From: Geosiphon pyriformis uo1
Lineage: Eukaryota; Fungi; Glomeromycota
Assembly (NCBI GenBank): GCA_016748015.1
Contig: JAAOMT010000608.1
Span: 62,001-126,000 of the forward strand
Reading direction: 5' to 3'
DNA: 64,000 nt
Shown: positions 12,568 to 25,050 of the stretch, in pieces
Layout: each line of letters opens with the position of its first letter
Numbering within the stretch: the stretch's first letter is position 1
Translations under genes and position numbers: made by a program
The notes under the pieces: model-generated
Database searches by the model: none
The model's input: only the letters and a program-made list of their open reading frames with translations
What the model was told of the DNA's origin: nothing

Positions 12568-14496
12568 TACAATATTTTATTTTTGAAATATTAAAAACTT
12601 TAAAGTAAAATTTAGTTTTGTATTTTCAAATTAAAAATCAAAAAATAGATAATAATTATTATATTATTGAATATATTGTACTATATAATTTTATACAGGG
12701 TATACTACAAGGGTTATAACTCCCAGTACCCAGCTATTATTAGTATAATTTAATAATAGCGACTTTATTACCTTAATAGTATTTTTATAAAAGATCTGGC
12801 AAGAGCCAAAAACATATATTAGGCCATATTCTCAAACCATAAAAAACACGCAAAACATCATGAATAATGTTAAAGGTAGTAAAAAAAGTATTCAAGAAAG
12901 CTGAGATTGAGTAGAAAAATTAAGTGAGTTGAAGAGGAAGCTAAGAGAAGAAAAGTGGAAGAACGGTAATGAAAGGGTGATATTGAAAGGAGAGAAGGAA
13001 GAGCTGGAAGAAAATTCAAAGGATTTAAAAGTATACAAGAAAGATTAAAAGAAGTATTACGTACAGTTGAGACAAGTAATCACGTACTTAAATTTAATAA
13101 AAAACAATATTTAATATTACTATTTTTTTTAAAAAAAAAAATCAATTTGAAAATTTTTGATATTTTTTTATTTAAAATCAATTAATTAATATTAATCTAA
13201 AAATAAAATATTCTAATTTTTATTTAAATAATAATTTATAACATTAAGATATAAAAATAATATTTTTTTAACCATTCATTTATTTTGTTTTGATATATCT
13301 CAGTTAAAGAAATTTTTTTTTTAAAGTTTTCAATTAAATATTCAAGACTATTTAAAATAGTTAATTTTTATACTAGAAACTTTATTTTTTTTAACCATTA
13401 ATAATTGTTTGATCTTTATATAAATTTTTAAAACAAGTTTCAGCTCTTTTAACTTTTATTTTTAATCGCACAACATTTATTTTAGAATTTGTTGAAAGAG
13501 AATGTAAATACCTTTTGGAAAAATTTAAGTGATAATTAAGATAAACCTTTAATCAACTAGAAAATTTACATGAAATTGTTAGATTCATATTAAAATGGAT
13601 TATTTATTGTTTTTAGTGAAATAAAATGTGTAGTTTAAAAGAACTAATCAAAAATATTTCCGCCTTTTTTGGTAATATTTGAATCGATCAAGCTGTATAG
13701 TTTGTAATTTACATGTTTCTCGACTATATTTCATCCGCTAATAACTTATTAACAAATATGCTTCACAACTCTATGGGAAAATTTATTAAGAACGTCAAAT
13801 TTCTCATCTAAAATTGCAAATAAATAAGTTTTATTGGTAATCATTAAAAGTATTTGTTCCCCTATAATGGGCTTACAGATTATTTAATTATCAATTTAAA
13901 ACGTAAAAATTTACTTGAAAATGAAAGGCTGATGTGAAAACCATTAAAAATAATTTAAAACCAAAAGTTAGTAAAATTTTTAAAGATTTTTTATTTTAAC
14001 TTGAAAGACGATGAGCAATTCAATTATATTTATTATGAGTTGATACTTAATTTAGAGCAACACTGAGTCAATTAATTATTTTTAATCATTAAAATTTAAA
14101 TTATATCATCCTTTTAATGACTGCGTGAACTCGATCTTTAAAGAAATTCAGAAGAATCAACTTGTAATATTTAATTGGTAAATTCACTTAATTATCATTA
14201 AAAATCAATGATCGAGGGAATTATTTAACAGTTTTAAAAGAAAAAAACCCAAAATTTTAAAGATTTATTTAATTTAATTGAGAATCACGAATCTTGGTTC
14301 ATTAAACTATACAAATAATAATTTATAAAAGAATGGTTGTATAATAGAGAGTGACTCTGAGATATAATCCCTTTTGAATATAAAAAGACCTCGTCTCGCT
14401 GGCATTTTTTTTTCATCCAAGCAAGCTTTCATCCAAGCTTTCATCCTAGCTTTCATCCTAAATCTCTACACTCTTTTTTTAACTCACTCTATAAAA

Positions 14497-14754
14497 ATGG
14501 CAAAAATCTCTCTCGCCCTCACAGCTGTTCTTGCTACAGCTCTTGTTCTTTTAGCTGCTTCACCTTTAACAATTGCCCAGCCAAGCCATGTTAACTCTAA
14601 TATCGGCAACAATGACGGTAACGATAACGGCAATTTTAACAAAGGTAACAACAATGGTGTCGATAACGGAAATGCTAACGGAGTCGGGAATAAAAATTAT
14701 TGGACTGGTACTCTTAACGGCAAAATCGATCATTCTTTCAACGATGATGATTAA
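14497..14754 (+). CDS. Small secreted Asn/Gly-rich repeat protein (85 aa)
   Basis: AAAAATG start at 14497 (the ORF track starts too early at a TTG); TATAAAAAG at 14379; hydrophobic signal peptide MAKISLALTAVLATALVLLAASPLTIA; mature part GNNDGNDNGNFNKGNNNGVDNGNANGVGN. Confidence 0.85.
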   Translation: MAKISLALTAVLATALVLLAASPLTIAQPSHVNSNIGNNDGNDNGNFNKGNNNGVDNGNANGVGNKNYWTGTLNGKIDHSFNDDD

Positions 14755-16337
14755 AAATAATCAAAATAGCTATTGTTGTTAGGAGTACCCTTTTTAGATT
14801 TCCAAAAGAATTCATTAGTAATTTCCTGTGGATAAATTCCTAGATTTTTGATAACAAATATAAAGTCACGTTTTTTGTTGAGCTAGGAGTCTTCTCTGTG
14901 CAATTAAATAGATTTTGTACTTAAATAAATCGAAATTTAAAGGCTGAGAAGCTAAGCCCTTTAGTTTGTCATGTGAAAATTCATTGCCCATCAAATACTA
15001 ATATCTTTTAAACCATCCGATTTTTTCTCAACTCTGATTTAATTCAAGTAAATAATTAAGGGATTTTATTTTGTTTGGCAGGAATTGAATATTTAACGAT
15101 TCAAATCGAATTCGTGTAACTCGTCCATTTTAAGTATTATATTTTTGAATAACGGAAGATTAAATAATATCCTAAAGCTAAAAATGCACAACCCCAAATC
15201 ATTTAACATTTTCGGAATAAGGGCATATATGAAAAGCAAGTGAGATAAAATGTCAAACAAAATATTTCAATATATATGTATAATACCTATTATAATGTCA
15301 ACTCAAAGTGTATAAATTTTCATCAGCTCTCCATCTGTCCACAACCTACCCATGTCTCCCGCGATAATTTCAAGACATAAAGAAACCAAGTAGAAGCCTG
15401 CAATATCTTCTTTTAAAGAATGTCATAATGTTATGTTGCTGATCATATAACCCGCGGAGATATTATTTGCTTTGGTGATTAAAAATGAATGTATTTTCTA
15501 ATCGGAGTCATTAAAAGTTGCAATTGATTTTAGCAAAGGGACCATTTTAGCTAAATGGTCTGTTTATAAAAAGTGTACAAAGATTAAATTGCTCCGGGTG
15601 TAACAGGATAATTAATTTTTTTCATGCAGAAATTCTCTTTGTTCTTTAAACTAATATGGTGAAATCATATTTTTTTATCACAAAAATTCAAATCTCCGCT
15701 TTAGTTTTCCGAATGAAAATCTCAAGACTTCGATCAAAGATTTCTTTGAAATTTATTGCATGATTTCTATAATCTTTATTAAAAAAATTTTGAAGAGACT
15801 TCTTTTTCGGGCTTAAAAATACTAGTTATTACAATAATAATGATTGATAAAATAAAGCTACTTGGATACTGTAGTTATAAGATGATTAAACTAATAGCAA
15901 AAAAAAATAAGCTTTTGCTGAGTTTTAACTAGTCTTTGATCAAGATCCTTTAAATATCTATATTTTTGACAATAAAATATCATGAAAAAGTCATTTAATT
16001 AATTAAAATCAAATGAGATATTTATTTTTAATAACTGATTAAAAGAATTAAACACTATAAAAAATATTCTTGTTCTGATAAATAAATAAAAATTATTGTT
16101 TTAAAACAGGATTAATTTTGTCAACTAGAATATTATTAATTCCAAGCAGGTCTCCTAAAAATAAGGTTACTCGAAATGCATCGCGCCTTTTTGTCAATAT
16201 CCTTATTCGACTCCTTTGTCTACACGTTTATAAATATTATGTGTGATACAGCCTTTTCAATATCTGTGTTGAGAGATACAGAATTGGAAAAAGATAAATA
16301 ACTTTGATATTTCTTACCACTTTTCCTCCCAACAAAT

Positions 16338-18062
16338 ATGAATGCTCTTCCTGTCCACAAAATGGCCACCCTCGTCAACAAACAGACTTTTAATAAAAAC
16401 ACAATCAAAAGATGTGTGTGTCTAGTTGGACTAGTAGCTGGACCGCTCGCGTGGTTAGCATTGGTTGTGCTCTTGGTGCGTAATGCAACTATTAAGGACG
16501 GAACAATCTTTCTTCCTGTTCAACCAGGTGTGATATTAGGGCTTAACTCTACAATTAGGTATATTATCACATTTATGTTGACTTCATCCATAACCTACGT
16601 GTTGGAAGCCAGCTTGCGTTATTACCAAATTAGCAGTATCCAGACGAACGGTTTAGAATTGTCACGTCTTATCAAATTAGGGGTTGAAAAAAAAATTGGG
16701 GATATTATGGCTGTCTTTTGGAATAGACCAACGGGGCTCAAGGCAGTTTGGTTTTGGCTGTCCGTGGTTGTTCTGGTGCCCTACATATTAGCAACTGCAG
16801 ATATCTTACTACACTATTGGGTCACCGTGGATAATAAATTAGAGAGGGGACAACAGAAATATATGAACAATACAATTTCGCTAGAATGTAGTGACGTAGA
16901 GAGTATATTAAGTCTAGACACTTGTGTTCACTGGCAAGCTGCAACCGGAAGTGGACTCAGGTATCCAAGATTCATATCTGACTTTAGAAGGAATGCAACC
17001 ACCAACATTAAAGGTTATGATATGAAAGAAGGAATAATTATTATGTCAAATTTGAATGAAACAATATGGCTTGGGTCTTTCCAAGCAATTACAATTGAAG
17101 CCAAGTGTCGTCCGGTTTCAAGGGAATGTGAGTTATCAGCTGACTATGGAGCTCAAACGAGTTTTCATTGTCCTAAAAGTATTTACGGAGTGGAAGGAAA
17201 CATACAAAATGTCACAAATGTTATTGTTCCACTCGGGACAGGCGCTGACTACTATCACCAATGGATCCCTACTAGTGCAGGTCAATCAGGAAAATTGGAA
17301 TGGTTAATCACCGGACAATTTCCTTATAATCCTTCTACAAATTATGATAATGAATTTGTGCAAGAAGTGCACCGTGATATGGCTATACTTTTATATTGCA
17401 ACACGACGACAACAGTAAGCACTTTGTTCTTCTCTATGGGAGATTGGGCTGTAAGACTTGATTATCCGTTAGATGCTAATTTGACTCGGAGTGTGAGCCA
17501 AGGGCTATATGAGTTGGATCTTCCAATTCACTTTGCACTCGCTGATGCATCTTTTAATGGGAGTAGTCAATCAGTAGCACTCGAGGCTGAACATCAGTTA
17601 AAACTTGGACTCAGTGCTATGCTAGGGAGCGTCGCTCATAGCGGCGTTGGAGGACCAGTCACTGTTGCTCATCAAGTTGTAGTAACAAGAATCTCAATAC
17701 CGGCATTGATTTTATACGGGATAGCATTGGTTATTATACCAATTATAATAATCATGTGGATATTATGGAACTTGAGGAAATATACGAAAGGATTTGATGC
17801 AGATGGCAGAGAGGTTGTCATACAAAGTGTGCTTGCCGAAATGCTAACACATACAGATAGATTGGTATATGATGCCGTAGCGCATCCGTCGGAGAGAGCA
17901 TGTCTTCAAAGTGTCGAGACTCAAAAAAAGCTTCTCAGTCAAGGTTCAGCCGGTATAGGACACAGGGCAGGACATTTTGGCCTCTTTAATGGTGTGGTTG
18001 CGTCGGCTGAAGGAGTGGTCAGTGTTGGGAAGGCGTCAGATTATGATTATCTGCAGAAATAG
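16338..18062 (+). CDS. Uncharacterised multi-pass membrane protein, intronless, 574 aa, with a large Cys-containing, N-glycosylation-site-rich ectodomain
   Basis: Long uninterrupted ORF; about 3 N-terminal hydrophobic segments ending in LATADILLH; ~290-aa loop with several Cys (CRPVSREC..FHC) and NxS/T sites; C-terminal TM segment ALILYGIALVIIPIIIIMWILW. Confidence 0.88.
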   Translation: MNALPVHKMATLVNKQTFNKNTIKRCVCLVGLVAGPLAWLALVVLLVRNATIKDGTIFLPVQPGVILGLNSTIRYIITFMLTSSITYVLEASLRYYQISSIQTNGLELSRLIKLGVEKKIGDIMAVFWNRPTGLKAVWFWLSVVVLVPYILATADILLHYWVTVDNKLERGQQKYMNNTISLECSDVESILSLDTCVHWQAATGSGLRYPRFISDFRRNATTNIKGYDMKEGIIIMSNLNETIWLGSFQAITIEAKCRPVSRECELSADYGAQTSFHCPKSIYGVEGNIQNVTNVIVPLGTGADYYHQWIPTSAGQSGKLEWLITGQFPYNPSTNYDNEFVQEVHRDMAILLYCNTTTTVSTLFFSMGDWAVRLDYPLDANLTRSVSQGLYELDLPIHFALADASFNGSSQSVALEAEHQLKLGLSAMLGSVAHSGVGGPVTVAHQVVVTRISIPALILYGIALVIIPIIIIMWILWNLRKYTKGFDADGREVVIQSVLAEMLTHTDRLVYDAVAHPSERACLQSVETQKKLLSQGSAGIGHRAGHFGLFNGVVASAEGVVSVGKASDYDYLQK

Positions 18063-18583
18063 CTGATAAGAGTGACTGGGGAAAGCATTCATCTATTTTG
18101 GTCGATTGGAGATTACGCGGTACCCAAGAAATATCAAATTTATAAATGAAATACTAGCTTTTTCATTTTTTTAATTCCCTTTAACAACTATCAAAAAGCT
18201 GGATCGCTTTTACAGCAATTCATGTCGCCTTCAATGTGTTTGTTATAAAATTGATATCCTCAAAATTAAAAATTTCCATTTTTGATGTGGAATTTTGTGG
18301 GTTTACGATCTAACATCTTTTAAATTCAATGCAAGAAATCAATTATGACAGCATCATTGTGGTTTGTCACCGAATCGCAGAATCCCTTAAGTGTATATAA
18401 AGCTTGTCGATAAATTATTCCATTTTCTAACCAATGAACAGCTTCCAAAGTTTATTTCGCATGGCGGATAAAAAAATTTGTAAATCCTTAATGTGAAAAA
18501 GTTAGAGACTCACGAATTTCAACTTTTGTACAAAATAGACATTGTTCTTTTTTCACCAGTATAAATGATAAATTTGCCAGTTC

Positions 18584-19203
18584 ATGGTTCAGCTTGTTAA
18601 GAGCGTAAAATGTCTTCACAGATTGACTCGAAGAGCCGGCCCCACATCAAGTGCCCTTGTCCCAAGTATCGCTAATTCCGTCTCAATAACATTGAATTTC
18701 ACCTTTAAAGACCTAAAACTCGTGAAGCGAGCTTTTCGGAACAGTGTAAAAAATAATTTATCCCACTGTAACGGCGCAAAAATTTCCTCATTATATCATG
18801 CAATAAAATTTTTATAAACTAGACATACCAATAGTTCTTCGTGATCCATATAGGATATGCGCAAAAATTTATTTTGCGATTGGCCCAAATTATATTGGCG
18901 CACAAGCGTGGAAATTTATTATTTGGGGATTCATATCCTCGGAAGAAAGATATTAACCATAAACGACATTTCCACACTTACTTTCTTCCTAGTGGGATGG
19001 AGGTTATTCATACAAGCCCTTCCTTTAGATGCGTAGCATCGTTGCTACAAGCAATTCAAACCCATGGTGATATAGCTCAGCGATATTATCGTTTTTCGAT
19101 CCCTTACTGTGATATAGGACTAAATGAACTATATTTGGACATGCGCGGATTATTTTATTCGAGAGGTAAGGTAGCATATGATTTCGAATTCTCTTGGGCT
19201 TGA
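18584..19203 (+). CDS. Possible spliced hypothetical protein or pseudogene
   Basis: The 77-aa and 120-aa ORFs can be joined in frame through a GTAAAA..CAATAG intron (~18746-18834); TATA-like GTATATAA at ~18394; no recognisable motif. Confidence 0.3.
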
Positions 19204-21487
19204 ACTATAAATTGCCTTTTGTACTCGGCTCATTATATTAATAAACTTCTTTAGTCGAGAATGTAACGATCTTCTGAAACCTAACAGAAGAAATTTATCA
19301 TATAATACAATGCGTCGCGGTGCCCCAAATTGTAATTTGATAAATAAAAAGGATATAATGCTTTATCTTTAAGAGATTAATAATGAAAAATTAGTGATTT
19401 TATTATTAAATTGAAACACAACCAATTTTTTCTTCATTTTCTTCATTTTTATTAACAATAAATTTTATCATAATCTAATCCATTCATAACATTAGAAAAT
19501 GAATACTTGCAGAATAATTTCAGAATTAATTTTTGCTTATACAACTGACATCCATTTGTATGCAATTTTGCATATTTCAAGTTTTTTGACTTGGTTTTAT
19601 TAAGATTAATACTTGCCATCTATCCATGTCAATAAGAGTAAGTAATATCTTAAAAAGTAATTAGGAATATTAAGTAGTTGACATATAAATGTCATGTTTT
19701 TCGATTTTATTCTTAACAATATAATTAAAATGACTTTTAAATAAATTAAAACCCAAAAAAGTGCCTTTTTTTATTGACTATTTAATCAATCTTTGGCATA
19801 ATTATTAATTTAAATCAAACTTGCTTGATTTTTTTATCCAATATCTTTTAAAAACAAGTATTTTTTAATTATAAAACATCTTTTTTTTTTAATCATTAAT
19901 TAAATTTATGTTAAAATTATTTGAGTATATCAAAATAAATAAATTTTTGCAATATAACTTAAAAAAAGGTTTCATACCAACATAAATAAATTAAAAATTA
20001 AGTGCAATAGTTTTTTTCATTTTAAATTTGTATAAAATCTTAATTTTAAAGAAAAACATATTTATATTATTTAATTAGTAAAACTAAATATTTTCGCATT
20101 TTAATAAGTAATAATTTTAAATTATTTATAATTATTTTTTATAATTTAAATATTAAACAGATAAAAGTCTTAAAATATTTAACATATTAAATTTAACTTT
20201 AAAACAAATTTATAGTGATTTTATATCTTTATTATATCAAAAATTTGTGAGATACAAAGATTTTGAAACAAAATTAATTTTTTATGTAATAAAGATAATT
20301 AATTGGAATGTGTTTTTGATAATTTAAAAATCAAAAAATTAGTTTTTAAATATTTATTTAAATAATCATATAACAACTTTAAGTTTCATTTAGCTAAATT
20401 TAATAATTGCTTTTTAAAATATATTTAATGAAAAAAAAATACCAATTTAAAATTAATATCTGTTTTATTGGATCATTAATTAATAAAAACAATTATTAAA
20501 TAATTTTCAGGCTATAGAAAAATTATTTATCAAAACTATTGAAATGCAAACATGACCTTAAGTAAAAAAATAATAGCATATTAATTTTTTAACGGCTAGT
20601 TTTAGAATCAACTTACGAAAGTATTTTGGATTGTAATTAAAATTCTAAATTTAAAGATTTGCTTAAAAAGTTTACGTGAAACCAAGCTTTGCATTTTTTT
20701 CAAGGCAAAAAGAAGAATTTATAAAATCGGAAGTAAAACCAACTTTTGGCACGTTCACATAATTAAACCCTCAAAAATGTTTGCAGAGCCCAAGAAAGTT
20801 TTCAATTTAATGAAAAAACTAAAAAAAAAACAATCTTAAACCCTATATAATGCATAAGAAACCAATGATCATTGAAGTAAACCGAATCAAACAGTTAAAG
20901 TGGGGCTAAACCCTACAAGAATTGGATTGATGACGTGTCTTTGGACAGACGAACTCACTACTAATATTGAAAATTTCGTATATGGTGTCATAAAAGTGAG
21001 TCTTACAACCCTGTTCATACACTAGCAACCGTTAAAAGTTGACGCAAATATATTATGGTATAGGGATGTAATAGCGGACAAGGTTTGAATCATTTGATTC
21101 GTACCCTGCCCCCTCTTCACGTATTACTCGTGAAGCATATGGAAAGTCACGAAAAGAACCTGACTTGGAGGAATCATTAGAGACATTCTTCAATTTATTG
21201 ACTTGATGCCAAATATCTTAAAGAAGTTATAAAAAGAAAGGGTTATGCGACCCATTGGTAGACGTCTGTTTAAAGTTCTAATGAAAAAGTTACTTTTATT
21301 ACATAGATCGGGTATGAATAAGTGAGCATTTTTTATCTCGAGAAAATAGTACTAATTTTTTTACAAGAAGCACCTTTTATTGATTCAGAGATTTAGACTT
21401 TCATGTTAATATATAAAGCTGGAAAAATGTTTATTTTACTTGATAAATGTCAATTATTTGATCGTAATGTATTCGGCATCCGTTTTT

Positions 21488-21868
21488 TTATCTCAGTTTT
21501 CCGTTATAGTTCCCATTCCCGTTTCCGTTACCATTACCATTGCCATTACCATTGCCATTACCATTGCCATTACCATTGCCATTACCATTGCCATTACCAT
21601 TGCCATTGCCATTGCCATTGAAATTTCCATTTCCCCAACCTTTACTGTTTCCATTGAAATTCCCATTTCCTACACCATCCCCTCTCCCGTTAAAATTTCC
21701 ATTTCCCCGTCCTTCCCCATTTCCGTTGAAATTTCCATTCAAATATCCGTTTCCATGACCGTTTCCATGACCATTTCCATAGCCACTGCCATTACCATAT
21801 CCGTTTCCGTGACCACTACCAAAGTTAAAGTTTCCATTGAAATTACCTCGTCCGTTATGATCAGACAT
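21488..21868 (-). CDS. Gly-Asn repeat protein (126 aa), no signal peptide
   Basis: AAAAATG start context; TATATATA about 135 nt upstream; 12-residue NGNFNGxxxGxG repeats encoded by mixed synonymous codons, then a ~(NG)18 tail. Confidence 0.8.
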   Translation of the reverse strand: MSDHNGRGNFNGNFNFGSGHGNGYGNGSGYGNGHGNGHGNGYLNGNFNGNGEGRGNGNFNGRGDGVGNGNFNGNSKGWGNGNFNGNGNGNGNGNGNGNGNGNGNGNGNGNGNGNGNGNGNYNGKLR

Positions 21869-23326
21869 TTTTGTAGGTTAAAAAGAAATATCAAGGTTTT
21901 AAGGTTTGAATGATTCTCGGTTGATTAATGATTTAAAAATTTTCTGCGATTTAGTTTTGCGCGTTTTACTTATTAAATTTTCATATCAATGCCCAAAGGC
22001 CCCTATATATATACTTTTTCGCAATCAATTTGCAGAATGACGTAAAAAACTATTCAGAAGGTGGGAGCTTTCTTGTGGCTGGTTAATGACCTAATCCAGG
22101 GTATTGCCGAAAGATCAACGTGCAACTAACCGTTGTCATGGCTTTTTCTCTCGAATATACCATAACTCAAGCACGTCAAGGATGCGTCATGGGAATTTTT
22201 GATAGTGGATTGTTCTATTAATAATGACTGAGCCCTTAAAACGGCTCTTAATTAGTAAATCAAAATTACGGGTCATTCCGCTAAAACTCTTGGACCAAAT
22301 TTTAGAAGTAGTCGCATTTCTCATTCATTGTGTAACACTTTTATTCATCCGCATATCTCCCATTAGGAACCACCCGGTTTAAAGCAGCCACCATAAACTG
22401 TGCATCAACATAAGTTCCTTGTTTCAAAGACGAAGTCGAATATGGCTTCTTTCAGACTCAAATAGATATTGCCATTTAATGCCTGTTTAACCTGAAGAAA
22501 AATCTTATGGGTGCCATTCATGTCTCTATCCATTTAAAAAAAAATTTCCTTCCAAATTCTAATGTATCCATCCACATTTTGCTTTTTTATGTCTCTTTGA
22601 ACACTTTCACTTCCAAACTTTTATACTTTCAAGAGTCTTTCCCAAAGTCTTTCATTAATTCGTCTCATCATTTTTCATACTGTAATATTGTATTCAAGCC
22701 ATTTGGTGGTTTGAAGGATAATATCAAAGGTCTAGGCAGACCAGAGTGCTGCCTTGCAAACTTGAGCAGATATATTCGTTTGAAGAGTTTTTAATAAAAT
22801 ATGATCAAGATCATATGTAGATAAATGGTTAGACATGTAAATATTAACTTTCTCTAAAGTTACTATTTTTTTCATAAATTTAAATGTACCTCCAAGTTTT
22901 TTAATATTTATAATAAAAAAGTGGATTTGTATTTATTAATTGTAATAATTCAATGTGACTTTTTAAAATTCAGAAATAAAAATTAATAGGAAAATAATTT
23001 AATTTTGAGATTCTTTTTTTTGCTATTTGGACAAATTTAAGAAAATTTGCGTGGGTTTACATGGAATTAGTTTCAGATTAGAACAAGGGTTAAACTAATA
23101 ATAAATTGTTAGCGAACCTTTAGACGATTAACATGTTAAAGTTATCAAACAAATGTGAAATGGGCATCAAACATATCTTTTCCGTCTTTGAAAATTCATT
23201 TCTTTCTTTGCTTTATTCTTGAATTCAAACATCCAAAAGGAGCATTATTCGCATGTTGATTATGGATTTTTTTTATATAGATAGATTGGAGGAATAAATA
23301 TCTATTCGCTAAAAGTTTATTGAAAT

Positions 23327-24645
23327 TCAAGAATAGGTGTAAGTTGCATTCAACTTTCTTCTTAAATGCTCTCCAGCCGTAATAACCCTACCCTCATCAA
23401 GATGGTCGAAATCATCTTTAGTGTTTGTCAATAAACCACTCGGAATCGTAACCAAAAGAGAATCGTCACAAGGATGACAAAAGTAAGCAATGGTGTACCG
23501 ATCTTGATCTAAGGTATCACCATCGAAAACAACTCGATGCTTGGTTGATTTTAATAGACCGTTTGTCCAAAATTCTAATATGTCTCCAAGATTTACCAGA
23601 ATAGCGTTTGGCAGAACAGGTGCTGCGATCCAATTTATTTCGTCTATTTGAACTTCTAGACCTCCAATTTGATGCTGGAATAGTAAAGTGATTGATCCGT
23701 AATCTGAGTGGCTATAGGTTGGATAAAGCAGGAAAATGAATATTTTAGGATTCAAAAAAATTGAGATCGTTTAAAATGAGAATTAAAAATCACGAAAGAT
23801 AAGTAAATGACAAACCTTCCGGCACGAATATGATTTTCAGAATCAATAGATTCTTTGGATATGGGAGGATAATGAAGAAGTCGAAGGATATCGCCAGATT
23901 GCAATCCATATAAATGTTTATCTTGAAACCAATACCTTCCACCTTTTGACTCAGGAATCTGTAATGCGATTGCGAATGCTTGTAATATTTTTAAACACAG
24001 TTCATAGCACAACTAAAATATAAAAGCAAAAGTAATTAGAAATTTGAGTCAGTTCGTTAATAATATTTAAGCATCAGATTTTTCCTTATAAAGCAAATTA
24101 CCTTTGAAAAGGATGAAAAAGATGCTACATTCTGTGTAAAGATTTGGGGTAATGGTTGCGATGCTTTGCCGTTGACGAATTTGCCAAAGTTAAAGTTCCT
24201 AGAATTAAGAAATCAATATTTTGTGAATAGATATTTGACTCAAGGCATAAAGAATCAAAATTCTTATTATTAAGCCTGACTCTTTGAAATCCCCGCCCTT
24301 CTGATGTATAGGATCAAGAGCTTCTTGGTTCATTCGTCCATATCCTTTATTGTCTTGAATAGTAAATAGATTTTTTTCTTCAATCGGTAAATCAAAAAAC
24401 TGTTTAGACTTCCAAAAGTACCGTGATTAGGCAGGATAGAATCAATATCATATTTGCAAAATTATTACATTTTCACGTACCATCTGAAAAAGCTTATCGA
24501 TACTTGATTGTGGAATACCATGATTCTTAAGATAAAAGAATCCGACTGATGTGCTTGCATCCTTGATCAATTTTGCACAAATTTCTGGTTCCGTTTCAAA
24601 GAGAGAAAAATCGATGAATGGAATTTTGGGGTTCACGGCAGACAT
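23327..24645 (-). CDS. 2-oxoglutarate/Fe(II)-dependent dioxygenase (IPNS/DIOX_N family), 5 exons
   Basis: IPFIDFS..GFFYLKNHGI N-terminus; LRLLHYP; spliced AGSHSDYGSITLLFQ (HxD); KSTKHRV (distal His); RYTIAYF (2OG-binding RxS/T); introns GT..AG in frame. Confidence 0.95.
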
Positions 24646-25050
24646 TATATGTTTATGATTAACATGACAATCATTTTATTAAAGGCTTATCACATGTCAT
24701 ATAGATTCTGTGATATCAATTCTGGAGTTTCTGGGGATGTGCTTTTGAGGCTCGTGGGGTTGAGAACATATGACTATAAAAAGGGATTTGATACATGAAA
24801 TTTTAAGCTAGATAATTATAGATTTAACGCATTTCTAATCAAAAAAATACAATATTATAAATGGCAGATATCATTAAATAAATTTAATAAATAGAAATTA
24901 ACAATTTATTTTGCCGGGAAATATGTTAACATATAGTTTCCGGTCACTTTTTTCTGACAAGCGTCGTAAAAAGGTGTTCTAATCATTTAACCTTTATTTG
25001 AATGGACGCCCCATTAAAAGTAAATCTAAAAATTATATATAAAAGCAAAA

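Noticed and set aside
12850-13060. Purine-rich stretch resembling a decayed coiled-coil exon
   Set aside because: Short, contains stops, no start or splice context.
14374-14496. N-terminal extension of the secreted NG protein in the ORF track
   Set aside because: Begins at TTG and overlaps the TATA box and 5' UTR repeats; ATG 14497 directly precedes the signal peptide.
21403-21913. + strand ORFs (HCHY)n, (IAIT)n and (PL)n
   Set aside because: Antisense shadows of the GN repeat; start context, TATA and codon degeneracy favour the minus-strand frame.
22258-22794. Possible coding remnant or 95-aa ORF
   Set aside because: Minus-strand frames are interrupted and show no recognisable motif; cannot be supported.
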